Part shown: one piece after another, positions 11,760 through 25,194 of the stretch | How the letters are laid out: every line of letters begins with the position of its first letter | Numbering within the stretch: position 1 is the first letter of the stretch | Assembly (NCBI GenBank): GCA_951406725.2 | Contig: OX597820.1 | Coordinates: 55,800,001 to 55,864,000 of the forward strand | Reading direction: 5' to 3' | Source: Octopus vulgaris | Taxonomy: Eukaryota | Length of the DNA: 64,000 nt | Notes under the pieces: model-generated | Database searches by the model: none | The model's input: the letters and a program-made list of their open reading frames with translations, nothing else | Told to the model about the DNA's origin: nothing | Program-made: the position numbers and the translations under genes

Positions 11760-12115
11760 TGTGGCTCATGCCAGTACTCCCTGACTGGCTACCATGCTGG
11801 TGGCACATAAAAAGCACTATCCAAACATGATCGATGCCAGGACCATCTGGCTGGCTCCCGTACTGGTGGCATGTAAAAAGCACCATCCAAACATGGCCTC
11901 TACCCCCTGACTGGCTCCTGTGCCGGTGGCTCGTAAAAAGCACCCACTATACTCCTGGAGTGGCTGGCATTAGGGAGGGCATCCAAATGTAGAAACATTG
12001 CCAGATCAGATTGGAGCCTGGTTCAGCTACTGGCTCTTCAGACCTCAGTCAAATCATCCAACTCATGCCAGTATGGAAAGCGGAGAGTAAACGATGATGA
12101 TGATGATGATGATGA
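11760..12115 (+). mobile_element. RTE 3' tail with internal ~60-bp tandem units
   Basis: Repeated gtggcacataaaaagcacc units followed by the (GAT)n tail. Confidence 0.8.
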
Positions 12116-13779
12116 TATATACACACACATATATATTATTGGCAAGTGATGGGATAAAACTGATGCAGGAATTGAAAATACCTTGTGATATTAAGGTCTT
12201 TCCATGTGTTACTTCTCTTTTTATACCTGGTTGAATAAAGTACCAACCAAAGTAATGCAGTCAATATAGTTGACAAAATCCCTTTAAAGAGGTCCTTCAG
12301 AATAGCTGGAGCTTAACAACTAAAACCAATAAAAGAAGGAGAGAGAGAGTATGTATGTATGAGATAATAAGGCAAACAGGCTTAAGTACCTGGCTCTAAG
12401 ATTCACTCAATTGACTTTGTGATCAAGTGTTCTTATCAGTGTACTGAAATTTTCTTCTCAAGAGGCCAATTGAATGAAATCTTATATCTAGCTGTGTAAT
12501 GCTCTTTACATACAGTAGACTTTACACACTTCTAGCATATCTTTTATGCACCACAAAATATTCATACTGTACTCTCAATATTGATGAAGAATGAAGCACT
12601 CCATTTTTGTGACATGATCCCAATATTTGGACAATAAACCTGAAAGTGTTCGGAAAAGTTAAACTTATATAAGACTTAAATCAAAGTTCCTACATTCTCT
12701 TAGCCATCTCTTCAATCTCCTGCTCAATTTATGCTACATAAATATTAGCAGGAAGATTGTAAGTACAGTCTAGAGTGATAGATTAAGTGAAATTTCATAG
12801 ATGGTAGATTAGAAAGTGCCTTTAGGGCATAGAGTGAAATGCTTTGAGGTATTTCTTTCAGCTTTTTGCTCTCTGAGTTCAAATCTTAGCAAAGTCAACC
12901 ATGTCTTTCATCCTTCCGAGGGTCACTAAAATAATTTACCAATCCAAAATAATGGATTGACAGAATTGTTAGAGTGTTGGATAAAATGTCTTGCAGTATT
13001 ATTTTTTCCCAGTTGTTTGTGTTCTGAATGCTTGTATAATTGATTGTCCATTGTACATGTTAACACCATCACTTGGTCTCCCACTGCTTTAGCAGAATTC
13101 ACTCAGTTGTTGCAAGCATTTGGGGTTTGGTCTCTTATTAGAGGATAACTTCCTCCTTTCCTCCAGTCAGTTTCAGGGAGCCCTGAAAAATTTACAGGAC
13201 CTCCTTATTTAGCAGCGAAAAAGGTATTGCATATTTTCATGCTCTGTATTAAAATAGACTTTCTATACACATCTGTCTATATGACACAACACGCCACACC
13301 CTCTTTCTCTTTTCATGACACATTACAAATTACTATATACCCTATGTCCTCATATAGCATCTCTTTGTCTTTGCAGTTTGTACAACATTGTTCCATGTAC
13401 ACACATGCATTCAAATACACACATCGTTTTCCACATTCCAACAATATGACAAACCACTCATCAAATTCTACACCCTTTGTTCAACTCCTAATGCATCATT
13501 CTCCAGGAATGATATCACTCACACCAAACTCCACATGCAACACTTACTACAATCCATATGCTGAATACTTAAATATCATGCCTTATATATTAAACTCCAT
13601 GAGTTGCACATCACTCACCAAATTTTCTTAACTGCATTTCATGCATCCTACTCCACTCACTACATGCCATCTATGTTCCTGATATGCTGCCACTCTACAT
13701 ACACTACTTACCATTTTTTACATTCCAATGTGCACACTTCAAGTGTCACATTAATAACTGTGCTATCTTCTCTCTACAG

Positions 13780-13863
13780 GAAGGTAAGAACAAGCAGTTC
13801 TTGTTGACATTGATGAACAAAGAAAGGCAAGCAGATGATGCAAAGTCAGGCAGAAGGAGTTAG
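13780..13863 (+). CDS. TMC-family last coding exon (EGKNKQFLLTLMNKERQADDAKSGRRS*)
   Basis: ctctacag| acceptor; matches the TMC 'EG.DK.FL' C-terminal motif; TAG at 13861-13863. Confidence 0.88.
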   Translation, partial: EGKNKQFLLTLMNKERQADDAKSGRRS

Positions 13864-14224
13864 GAATATAACTGTTGTAAGTAATAGATATCTTGATTTT
13901 CTGTATAAATTAGTGTAAATACAGTCATAGATGAGTGTGGAAGTTATTATAGAGTAGTTTAGAGGCTACTGCTACTGTGTAGAGGTTTCCATAGGGCAAA
14001 TGATATGGACAGTCATAGAGTAGTGATGAAACTACTATGAGGTGAGGCCAAGTGGGAAACCAGTTATTGCCTGCCATAACCATTTCACTTCACTTACATC
14101 ATTGTTGTGGTCTTAATCCATTAACAGTTAATGTCCCATTTTTAAAACAGAGATTGTAAATTTTAATATAAAACTTTTGTGTTTCTTCTGTTATATATAT
14201 TTGAGCGAGGAAAAAAAAACAACA

Positions 14225-14518
14225 TTCGAGCGAGGTCATTGCCAGTGCCGCTGGACTGGCTCCTGTGCAGGTGGCACGTCAAAAACACCATTTGAGTGTA
14301 GCCGTTGCCAGTACTGCCTGACTGACCCTTGTGCCAGTGGCACGTAAAAGCACCCACTACACTCTCGGAGTGGTTGGCATTAGGAAGGGCATCCAGCAGT
14401 AGAAACTCTGCCAGATCAAGATTGGAGCCTGGTGCAGCCATCTGGTTAACCAGTCCTCAGTCAAATCGTCCAACCCATGCTAGCATGGAAAGTGGATGCT
14501 AAACGATGAATATGATGA
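14225..14518 (+). mobile_element. RTE 3' tail repeat
   Basis: Nearly colinear with 23485-23778. Confidence 0.85.
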
Positions 14519-15329
14519 TTTCATATTTTCAGCTTAATAGAAATAAGCAATATAGAAGAGAAATATAATCAAAGAGCCCTCAGTAGCTAAGAAAATGTGA
14601 ACATTTATAAATGATATTCCTAGTTGAATTATGACCATTCCTAGTTGAATTATGACCTTCAATGGTGCAAAGGAAAGTATGAGCAATACTACACACAGCC
14701 TTATTTCGATCTCAGTGGTTGAGTTCATCCACTTCAGGGTGGTATGATTTAACTCCAATACAATGCAGTAGTAGCATTGTAGTTTGCAATACTGGATTAA
14801 GCTTGTTAAGTGAGAAATGCTACTAGCCATAGATTTGTATCTCTCCATGATTGAAAGGTGAGTAGCAAAGTGGTCTCTGTAATTCTAAGTTTAATTCTTG
14901 ACACAATGACATCTTACTGTTCATCATACTGTTCATCTTCTGTTGTAACATCTCCCTCAATCATACATTTAAGTATGTAGGTTATTTGAATTTTTGTTCC
15001 ATTGTAAGGATAACTAGCCTTATCTAAATTTTACAATATCGGTAAAGCATACACTGTCTTCAATGTCAAAGTGTAGGAATGGGGTTACAGCGGCTTGGGA
15101 ACTCTATTGGATAAGTCTGCAGAATCTTTTCATCATTACATGAAACACTACTTTTGTAAACTGTTTTCCCATCCAATAAGTTGATGATTTCATAATTTCC
15201 TCATTTTTAGAATCAACACAGTGATCAAGTTTTTTGTTAGAGCTAGGTCTTTTAATGAAGAGAGCTGGAAGTGCATCATAGCTACTAATGTAACATTTAG
15301 GATGGTCTCTGTATTTGATCCACCAAGCC

Positions 15330-16335
15330 TGATAATATTACTTGTTTAGTTTTCAATGATTCTTTTGAATGTATTAGAGTCAATCATTAGAGATCTTTCT
15401 CTCAACTACACCTCATATGTAATAGTTCTGGTGACCTAGGCCATGTGTCTGGGAGAACATGATCATGGAGATTGGTATGCATCCATGCTTAGGTTATCCT
15501 AGCCTTATGAGATGGCACAGAGTCTTGTTGGAATACATATGGTCTTCTGTTGCATATCTGTCTATCCAGGGCTTCATAACTTTCTCCAACATCTCTTTGT
15601 AGACATTAGCATTGACTGTTAAATTCTGTGAGAAAAAGTGAGGCAACATGACATCTCCCTCATTGCTAACAACTCCCAGAACCATCACAGTTGCTGATAA
15701 CTTAGATTGCATAATCATCGAAACCTCATTCAGCTCTTTGCATAACCATTTATCTGGTCATGAATGAAGTTTTTCTCATCAGAGAAAAACCAAAACATCC
15801 CAGCCTCTTGGTTTTTTAACTTGTTTAGCAAGCATTTTGCACTTATCAAACAATTCTCTCTTGTCTCAATATAAGCTGATTCCTCCACATCACATACAAC
15901 TTGTAACAGTTGTCCTCATGTACAACTTTTCTGACAGTGCATTCTAAAACCTTGAAGTTCTTTACAATTGATCTGATTGACTTTCTGAGGTTTTTATCAA
16001 CTATTTCTTTGACTTTTTGTACAAAATTATGTCGCCTGGTGGTATGAGGATCCTGTGCATGCTTTTGGTATTTAGCTGCTGATGTTGGATCCCTATCAGC
16101 AGCTTCCAGCTCTTTTCAAGCTTTGACAGCAAAAGATCAGGCAACTTTCAGGAAGCGACCTATCTCTGTGTTACTATGCTATGGTTTTAAGGCAATGATT
16201 ACAGTGTGATTTTCCATTTGCTGAGTCAACCTGATGTCTGACATTATTCATCTGAAAAAGTAAGGTAAAAAAAAAAAAAGGTAAGAAGTTAGAGCTCTTA
16301 AAAGAGGTATCCTCAAAAAACTGATGCACTCTATA
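15330..16335 (-). mobile_element. Decayed Tc1/mariner-superfamily transposon (maT/DD37D-like)
   Basis: ORF 15494..15718 'TVMVLGVVSNEGDVMLPHFF...VNANVYKEMLEKVMKPWID'; upstream FFSDEK-like motif; frameshifts. Boundaries approximate. Confidence 0.7.
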
Positions 16336-17240
16336 TAACTTTTTTTTTTTCAGACCAGTAGCAAAATTGGTTTATTGCTAAATGTGCTGCAACTGGAATA
16401 AAGTAGGAAGTGATTATGACACCTAGGACTTTGCAAGGAAAACCAAGCAAGAGTATAACTTGTAAATATTATTTAAAAAAAACAAGACAGCAAGAAATCA
16501 GAGATTCTGTTAAAAAATAAGACTACAAAAAAAAAAAGAAAAAATATTGCAGACTATTTCCATTTTTGAGATTTTTTTTTCCTATTTGTTTTTAATGAAT
16601 GATTCATATCACAAAATGATTTTTTTTAACTGTTATACTTATGTTTATACTGTGTACAAAAATATCTGTGTCATATTCTAGAGGTGAAATGACCAAGTGA
16701 ATGAGGTCTTGATTTCAAGACCACAGTTGGGTTTTTATTATTTTTTTTTAGTTGTTTATTTAATTCTATATTGTCTCAGTTCAGCTGGCTCTCATGAAAA
16801 CTTAGTTACAAAATTTTCTGGGAATATTACCTACATTAAAGACAGACTAACACTTTCCAACAGTAGACATATGTGTGTGCATATATATTGAAATGAAGAG
16901 TTGAAAGTTTAATAATTATTTATTAACATATTGGTAATCTTTACTTCTTACAGCCAATTTGTTAATAATAAATAATTATTAACTTTCAACTCTCCATTTT
17001 CTTTTCTTCATTTAACTGGATATGAACTCTATGCTTAATATATACCAATTGTTTTAAGGGAATTTCATTCCCCAATAATACTAGTTATCAAACCAGTATT
17101 CCCTTGGATGTAACCATCCCTTTTATGAGGTTAGCATATCCTCTAAATAAATCTCTCTCTATATATATATATATTGGTAAAAACAGTAAAATGACAAAAG
17201 AAAGAAAAAGACCTCAATATTATGTAAATAGAGGAAATTT

Positions 17241-17375
17241 ATCTGTAAATTAATATGTTATCATTATACAATAGTCAAGACAAAACTCTGAGTTTCAGAT
17301 GCTGAAGTCTTCAGCATCTGAAACTCAGAGTTTTATCTTGACTATTGTATAATGGTAACATATTAATTTACAGAT
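17241..17375. repeat. Near-perfect palindrome, 67-bp arms
   Basis: 17241-17307 versus 17309-17375; about 2 mismatches; centred on 17308. Confidence 0.92.
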
Positions 17376-17825
17376 ATATATATATATATATATATATATG
17401 TGCACACTCATATGTATATACATACATATCTCGTCTTTTTAATGCCATGGGACAGAAACAAAATCTCAGGGTCATCTAATCTCCCTCTCAGTTATATCTG
17501 AGATTGGTGACATTTTTATAATTTTTGTTTTTTGAAACTGTATTATAAACATATTTTTTGTATTCTATTTTTATAATGTTTCAGTCATTTGGCTGCGACC
17601 ATACTGGGGCACTTCCTTCATGGGATTTACTTAGTTATATTGACCCCAGTTCTTGATTTCAGTTTGGTACTTGTTTTATTGATTTCTATTCATTGAATTG
17701 CTAAGTTATATTTTTGATATAAAGAGATTCAAACTGAAATGCTGGTAAACACATATACATACATACTTATGTGAATGTGAGTGAGTGTGTGTGTGTGTGT
17801 ATGTGTGTGCGCATATATATATATG

Positions 17826-18185
17826 GTGGCCATCCACTCGTGACTGAGGAAGATCATTGCTGACCTTCAGGAATGTTGTGCGCTCTAGAACTAACTTATA
17901 TTTTGCATCTGTGACTCCGTTGGTGGTTGATGAGCCCTGCTCTTGACAAGCATACATGACTGCAAACATTGCAAACCCAGCTTTCCCTATTCACTACACC
18001 AGCAGTGCACTTTCGAGCAGCATACTTAAGTTCTTCAAGTAGAATACGTGTTCTCTCAAAGGTGTTGACCCTTTCCTTAACCTGCTTCCTCCATCTGTGG
18101 CAATGACACGCATTGCTCTCCCAGTCGGCCTCCTGCATATCACAGGCCTTTAATGAGGACTTGACACAGTCCTTAAATTACAGCC
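17826..18185 (-). mobile_element. RTE/BovB-like LINE 3' fragment with a C-terminal C2H2 finger
   Basis: ORF 17896..18138 'WESNA....WRKQVKE...CNVCSHVCLSRAGLINHQRSH'. Confidence 0.8.
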
Positions 18186-19002
18186 TTCACATACATTCAC
18201 ATGCACTCATTCATTTTTAATGGGCTTCACCACACTTCTCTGATTAGCAAATTCCACACATAAAGTATTGATAAACCTACATCCACAGCAGCAGAAGACA
18301 CTTGCCCAAGGGATTTGCTACTGTGTTGTGTAAAGTGGGTATCTTAACCATATGGTTACACCTACACCAATGTGTAACTGACTCTTGTATAAATGTCTAC
18401 ATATGACAGATATCCTGCCTGCATGTCTGTTAACAGCAAATCTGCAGTGTTTTTGCTAAAATATCTACTTTAGATCTCCCATTTCCATTACAAACACAAC
18501 TAAAAAAATAGATAAAAGTAAAAATAGCTTTCCTTAGCATGTATTTTTTTAATGTATGGTAGATAAGTGCTCATTATTGATTTGATGGGGTTTTCTCTCT
18601 TCTTTTGAGTTTGCCTATGTTATTGTTTAACAACATGTTTACCATAAAAGAACATATCCATGATCAAAAGCATTCCAGCTATGACCACACATCTTTTTAT
18701 GATTATATAGCCCATGACTAAGGTATACAAGACTTGGAGGGCTGGCTGCTAGACTTGTGGTACACAAGCCAACTGGTGTATAGACATGACTTAATATCAC
18801 ATAAATCAGTACCCCTGCCTAAGGTTAAACAGGCTTTGTGCCTTAAGGGTAAGCTTGAGAGTAGAAGACTAACATAGTAAACTATATTATCTGGCAGAAG
18901 ACAAAAAGCCACTGTTATATCTTCTGTAAAAAAAAAATCATGAATCTTCAGACTTTGGCATGGAAGTCTATAATTGCTGACACATGTAAAACTGGTGTGA
19001 AA

Positions 19003-19038
<36 letters not shown>

Positions 19039-19557
19039 AAGCAGCAGATGTTTCAATACAACATTAATCCAATGTGCCTTTATTTAAAATGGTAGGGTAG
19101 AATTTGGCTACTATTTCTAGTAGGTTAAAGATCCTGTTATGGTGGCTCACTCTTTACATTCTAATTGTCTGGTATGCCCTTTTCTTTTTTTTACAGCATA
19201 ATTTTCATTGTTATTTAGAATCATTTGAGTATTGAGTAAAATGCCTTACAATATTTATATTTTGAGTTCAAATCATGGTCAACTTCTGGAAGTCAATAAA
19301 ATAAAGTATTATTCAAGTACTCGGGTCAATGTAATCAAGTGTTCCTGCCCACTGAAATTTCTTTGTGCATATTTAAGAAACTGTTATCTCTAATGTTTAA
19401 TAAAGTAAATCTTTCTTAATATATTGATGCTAATTTAATAAAAACTATACCACTTTATCAATTATATCACTTGTCTTCATGAAAACACATAGCATAGTGG
19501 TTAGAGTAATGTTGGGCTCAAGATCATAAGTCCATGGGTTCAATTCCTAGCCACATG

Positions 19558-20230
19558 TTATGTCATTAAAATGTTATGGATTGGGTCTGCCCCTCTGGCA
19601 AAACTCAGACATGTCATGTAATGTTATGGATTGGCCCTGCCCCTCTGGCGAATCTCCAACATGTCATGTAATGTTATGGGTTTTGTCTGCCCCTCTGGCT
19701 AATCTGACATGTCATGTAATGTTATGGATTGGGTCTACCCCTCTGGCGAATCTGACATGTCCTGTAATTGTTATGGATTGGGTCTGCCCCTCTGGCGAAT
19801 CGCTGACATGTCATGTAATGTTATGGGTTCAGTCTGCCCCTCTGGCGAATCTGACATGTCATGTAATGTTATGGGTTGGGTCTGCCCCTCTGGCGAATCT
19901 GACATTCATGTAATGTTATGAGTTGGCCCTGCCCCTCTGGCAAATCTGATGTCATGTAATGTTATGGGTTGGCCATACCCCTCTGACGAATCTCTGATAT
20001 GTCATGTAATGTTATGAGATGGCTCTGCCCCTCTGGCTTATCTGACATGTCATGTAATGTTATGGGTTTGTCTACCTCTCTGGCAAATCTGACATGTCAT
20101 GTAATGTTATGGGTTCAGTCTGCCCCTCTGGCGATTCTGACATGTCATGTAATGTTATGGTTTCAGTCTGCCCCTCTGGTGAATCTGATATGTCATGTAA
20201 TGTTATGGATTGGCCCTGCCCTGGCAAATC
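19558..20230. repeat. Minisatellite, about 14 copies of a 48-bp unit
   Basis: Unit gacatgtcatgtaatgttatggattgggtctgcccctctggcgaatct repeated with substitutions and small indels. Confidence 0.95.
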
Positions 20231-21245
20231 CCACCGACTTGTGTCTTTTTGGCATTGAACTGATGAGCTTTGTGGAATTTCTGCCCACTTTTCATGCAAC
20301 AATCAAAATAATTCACCTTTAGCTTTAGGTTTCTGTTGAGTTTTTCGTATAGCTGTATCTCATATACTCCAAAGATTTTCAATTGGGTTCATGTTAAGAG
20401 ATTGGCTGGGCCTAGTAAGCTTTTTCATCCCATTTTCAGTCAACCATTGTTGATTCCTTTTCGCTGTATGGCATGGAGCTCCATCTTCCATGAATAAAAA
20501 CTCATTTTTTGTTATGTTATTATGTGAATACATCGGAAGTAGTCCTTGCTTAAATATTTCGATGTATTTTTCAGAGTTTATGGTTCCAACACATTCAATC
20601 AACTCAGAACGACCATTGCTGGTGACAGGTCCCCATACCATTACAGAGATACTGCCATGTTTCACAGTTGGTTGGAGTTGTTTCAAATCAAATTCTTGAT
20701 TGGGAAGCCTCCAGACCCAAACACATCTACTGTCTGAAAATAATGCAAATCTGGGTTCATCTGAGAAAATCACTCTATCCTAAAATGAACTGCATTTTTC
20801 TGGCATCTCCTCATTTCTTTCTTTTCATGATATTAATTGGTTGAAGGAGAGGTTTTCTTCTAGTGGCTCTTCCATAATATCCAAGCTTATGCAGATATGT
20901 AACACACTTTCTTGGACTAACTTCTAGCTGTTTTGCATTATCAGAAGCCTTTAAACGGGGTTCGTTTTCCACAATTCTCTTCAAACAGCGAAGCTTCCTT
21001 TCTCAGGACCCAGGTCAGCCAGGACGAGAATCTGTTGATTCTTTCCTTGACTTTTGAATTGCACTATAATTCTATTTACACTAGCAAAAGGAATTTGAAG
21101 ATTTTCGGCAATTTTTTGCTGGCAAAGACCAGCCTCAGGTTGCCCAACAATACGACCTCTTTGAAAATCTGACAGTTCTGCTGAATTTTTTGTGCATGGC
21201 ATGGTTACTCTTTGCAAATGTTTAATATAATGGCACCTGGAATGA
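20205..21245 (-). mobile_element. Tc1-like (DD34E) transposase pseudogene
   Basis: ORFs 20981..21217 (ELSDFQRGRIVG, helix-turn-helix) and 20360..20773 (IFSDE...FMEDGAPCH...MNPIENLW), frameshifted. Confidence 0.9.
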
Positions 21246-21476
21246 AAAAGAATAATTACATTGTATGTTTGTCTGTCTGTGTTTGTTCCCCACCATCGAT
21301 TAACAACTGATATTGGTGTGTTTATGTTTTCCGTACATTAGCAGTTCGGCAAGGGAGACCGATGAAATGAGTACTAGGCTTATAAAGAATAAGTCCTGGG
21401 GTTGATTTGTTCGACTAAAAGCATGGCCACAGTCAAATGACTGAAACAAGTAAAAGAATAAAAGAACATATATACA

Positions 21477-21692
21477 CAAGAGGTACTGAAAAGTTCCTGA
21501 CTTTAAGGGTGTCATGAAAGGTGTGGTTGGAGTCCCAACCTTCTCAGTTCTTTTGCAGGGATTGGAGAGATTGCAGGGCCACTGCAGTGGGCATGCGGGT
21601 CTGAGAGTGGAATATGCTGAATGGAGTCTTAAGTAGCTGATCCACCTGTGTTTCCTTTTGCCCAAAGCCAGGAACTTTTCAGTCCCCCCTCG
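21477..21692. mobile_element. Mariner-type MITE
   Basis: TIRs ...actgaaaagttcctgacttt and aaagccaggaacttttcagtcccccctcg, followed by TA. Confidence 0.7.
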
Positions 21693-21710
21693 TATATATG
21701 TATATATATA

Positions 21711-22210
21711 TAGGGTTGCCTGGAAAGTTTGTGACTACACCTTCATTTAGAGCACAGTTTAAGCTATCTTTTCGTGGAAGAAGGTTTATGTTCCTATAAC
21801 CTGTGTTAATTCTGTAACCCTTTAAAATGGAAGATAAGAAAGTTCATTTTTGGCATTTGATGCTTTGGGAACTAGACAAAAATTGCTGCAGCTCAGCTGG
21901 GATGTGTTACCCTACCCTCCGTATTCACCAGATATTGCTCCTTCGGATTTCCACTTATTCAGGTCTCTGCAGAATAGTCCTAATGGTAAAAATTTCAATT
22001 CCTTGGATGACGTAAAAGGATACCTTGATGAATTCTTTGCCATGAAACCACCTCAATTCTGGGAAGAGGGTATTTTCAAGTTAAAGTAAAGATGGAGGCG
22101 TATTGTGCTACAAAATGGTTCATATTTGATTGATTAAAAATGTAATGGCAAGTATTTATTGACCTTTTTCTTTCCTTTAAAAATCGGCACGCACTTTCCG
22201 GACAACCCAA
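21711..22210 (+). mobile_element. Internally deleted mariner (DD34D)
   Basis: TIRs gggttgcctggaaagt and actttccggacaaccc with TA flanks. N-terminus MEDKKVHF joined directly to the C-terminal YSPDIAPSDFHLF region. Confidence 0.9.
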
Positions 22211-22539
22211 TATATTTCACTTTTGGATTTGGTTTGCAACATTCGTTATGTGAGTTTGTGTGTTGAAGCATATATTGTTGTGTCTGGGGAGAGTCATTCT
22301 CTTTTGGTGCCTTGTGGTTTAACACGCTCACCAGTGGAGTTTCCACTTATTTCTTTTTTATTTTTCTAGAATTTTTGTTGCATCTTGCAACCTTTTCAAT
22401 AGTTTTGACTCTCAAAACTACTGGAAAGGTTGCAGTAGGAGTTTTGGAGGAATGTGGGGGGGAAATGGGTGGAAGTTTTACTGGTGAGTGTGTTGAGTTG
22501 TAGGGCGCCAGAAGAGAGTGACTCTCCCCAGACACAACA

Positions 22540-22584
<45 letters not shown>

Positions 22585-22599
22585 TATATATACATACAT

Positions 22600-23778
22600 G
22601 TAGAGAGAGAACAACTTCTGCCACATTCCAGGGAGAAAAACTAGAAGTAGGTTATAGCTTCCGTTACCTAGGTGACCACGTCAGTAGTGGGGGAGGGGGA
22701 GCTGAAAGTGTAGCTGCTACAATAAGAATAACCTGGGCAAAGTTCAGAGAGCTCTTACCTCTGCTGGTGACAAAGGGTCTCTCGCTCAGAGTAAAGGGTA
22801 GACTGTATGACGCATGTGTACGAAGTCATGCTACATGGCAGTGAAACATGGGCCATGACTGCTGAGGACATGTGTAAGCTTGCAAGGAATGAAGCCAGTA
22901 TGATCCGATGGATGTGTAATGTCAGTGTGCATACTCAACAGAGTGTAAGTACCTTGAGAGAAAAGTTGGACCTAAGAAGCATCAGATGTGGTGTGCAAGA
23001 GAGACAACTGCGCTGGTATGCTCATGTGGCGAGAATGGATGAGGATAGCTGTGTGAAAAAGTATCACACACTAGCAGTTGAGGGAACATGTTGTAGAGGT
23101 ATACCCAGGAAGACCTGAGATAAAGTGGTGAAGCACGACCTTCGAACATTAAGCCTCACCAAGGCAATGACTAGTGACTGAGACTTTTGGAAATATGCTG
23201 TGCTTGAGAAGACCCGGCAAGCCAAATGAGACCATAACCTCGTGGCCGATGCCAGCCCACTTATGCGTACCTTTCCTTCATTGGACACTAAACTCTGCTT
23301 GTGAAGACCTGTTGAGGCAAGTGAAATTGGAATTGATGACTGGCATCCATGCTAGTGGAGCGCTAAGAGCACCATCTGAGCGTGATCATTGCCAGAGCAG
23401 CTAACTGGCTTCGATGCCGGTGGCACGTAAAAGGCACCATTTGAGCGTGATCGTTACCAGCATCACCTTACTGGCACTTAACCTCTCAAGTGAGGTCATT
23501 GCCAGTGCCACTGGACTGGCTCTTGTGCAGGTGGCACATAAAAAAAATACCATTTGAGCGTGACCGTTGCCAGTACTGCCTGACTGGCCCTCGTGCCGGT
23601 GGCATGTAAAAGCACCCACTACACTCAGAGCGGTTGGCGTTAGAAAGGGCATCCAGCTGTAGAAACACTGACAGATTAAGACTGGAGCCTGATGCAGCCA
23701 TTTGGTTCGCCAGTCCTCAGTCAAATCGTCCAACCCATGCCAGCATGGAAAGCGGACGTTAAACGATGATGATGATTT
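22600..23778 (+). mobile_element. 5'-truncated RTE-clade LINE with 3'UTR and (GAT)n tail
   Basis: ORFs 22518..22844 and 22807..23118: FRYLG...KGRLYDACVR...LHGSETW...QLRWYAHVARM. Confidence 0.9.
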
Positions 23779-25194
23779 AGACATCAATATATTTTCATCT
23801 TCATTATATTGTATATATTATTAAAAGTTATTAAAGTGGAAACATTAAAGATATAGAGAGAACTTTGACCTCTGAACCTACCTCCCTCCCATAAAAATCT
23901 ATATCTATCTTTTCAACTCTTGTACTTTGTTCCAAATGACTTAGCTGACAGATTATCAAACAACCAGCTGAAGTGTAACAGGTATATTTTCTGTCTGTGA
24001 CCCAAAAACCTACTCTACCTTGATGTTGTGTATTAACAGCTCACTCCTGCAAATAGCACCAACAGTGCAGTGCTGATTTCAAAGTCAACCAATAAATAAA
24101 TTTACAATACCTGGCTGCATATATTATGACCTGCATACCTTGAGGGCATGCCCTGGCAATTGCCACCATTTACCTTTCTCTTTTGCTGCTCTACCATCTC
24201 ATCTATGCTCTGATCCTTTTATTTGTGAATTTACCCTGGCACGTCATCATCTCTCTCCTGTTCTTTTGCTGTTTCCCATTCTCTCTCTTTCCCTTGCTCT
24301 TCCCTGACTGGGTAGCCATGTATCTCCTCTACAGCAGCACACCTATTTCTGCCCTCTTGACCATTCTCTCCCTCTCCTTCTCTTGCTTTTTCCCTCTGGC
24401 TAAGTAACCAAGTGTCTCTTTCACATCAGCACACCTGTTTCTGTCCTCGTTACCTCTTACTCACTCTGTCTGAGTAACCATGTACCTTTTCTAAAGCTAG
24501 ACACCTGTTTCTCTCTAACCTTTAATCATCTAACAAAAGATCCCCTCCTCCCATCTCAAAATTGTCTTACAAGTTACTTGGTGACCCTATCAATGATGGT
24601 GTCACATAAAATGCATCCAGTTCACACTGTAGTGTTTGGCATTTGGTAAGTAGTAAAAACCATGTGGTGCCACAAAATGCATTACCCACTTTGCAGAGTG
24701 GTTCATGTTAGGAAGGGCATCCAGTTGTAAAAACCCTGCCAAACCAGACACAGTAGCCTGGAATAGTGTTCTACCAAGTCAGCTCCTGTCAAACTGTCCA
24801 ACCCATGACAGCCTGGAAGGCAGATATTAAACAAGGATGACGATAATGATGTACAAGAAGTCTTCAATATCATACCCACAATCCAGTCAGACACATTGCA
24901 ACACTTAGATAACTAAAAACTGGATGTGAGAGATTCTTCCCCTACCTAAATGGAAGGATTTGAGTTTAACAGTGCTAAAGAAAAACAAAACAATGCTCTA
25001 ATTGCTTTCAGAAGTAAGCAGTTTTCCTGGTACCTATTGACGGCTAAGTAAACCAGTGTTATGGCGACAGTTATACGTTGTCATAATGGAACTGAAACCT
25101 TTCTTTATTCAGCATAGGTTCGATCCATCAATCGAAAAATAGATGTCTCTTACTGCTACACAGACCCAGATTAGCTCTGATTGAGCAGGTTTAA

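Noticed and set aside
14613-14658. 21-bp direct duplication attcctagttgaattatgacc inside ORF 14534..14848
   Set aside because: Simple local tandem duplication; the ORF has no recognisable homology or splice context.
19558-20230. CRISPR-like array, or Cys-rich repeat proteins from ORFs 19560, 19709 and 19999
   Set aside because: Units are contiguous with no unique spacers, the context is eukaryotic with no cas genes, and indels shift the frame between units.
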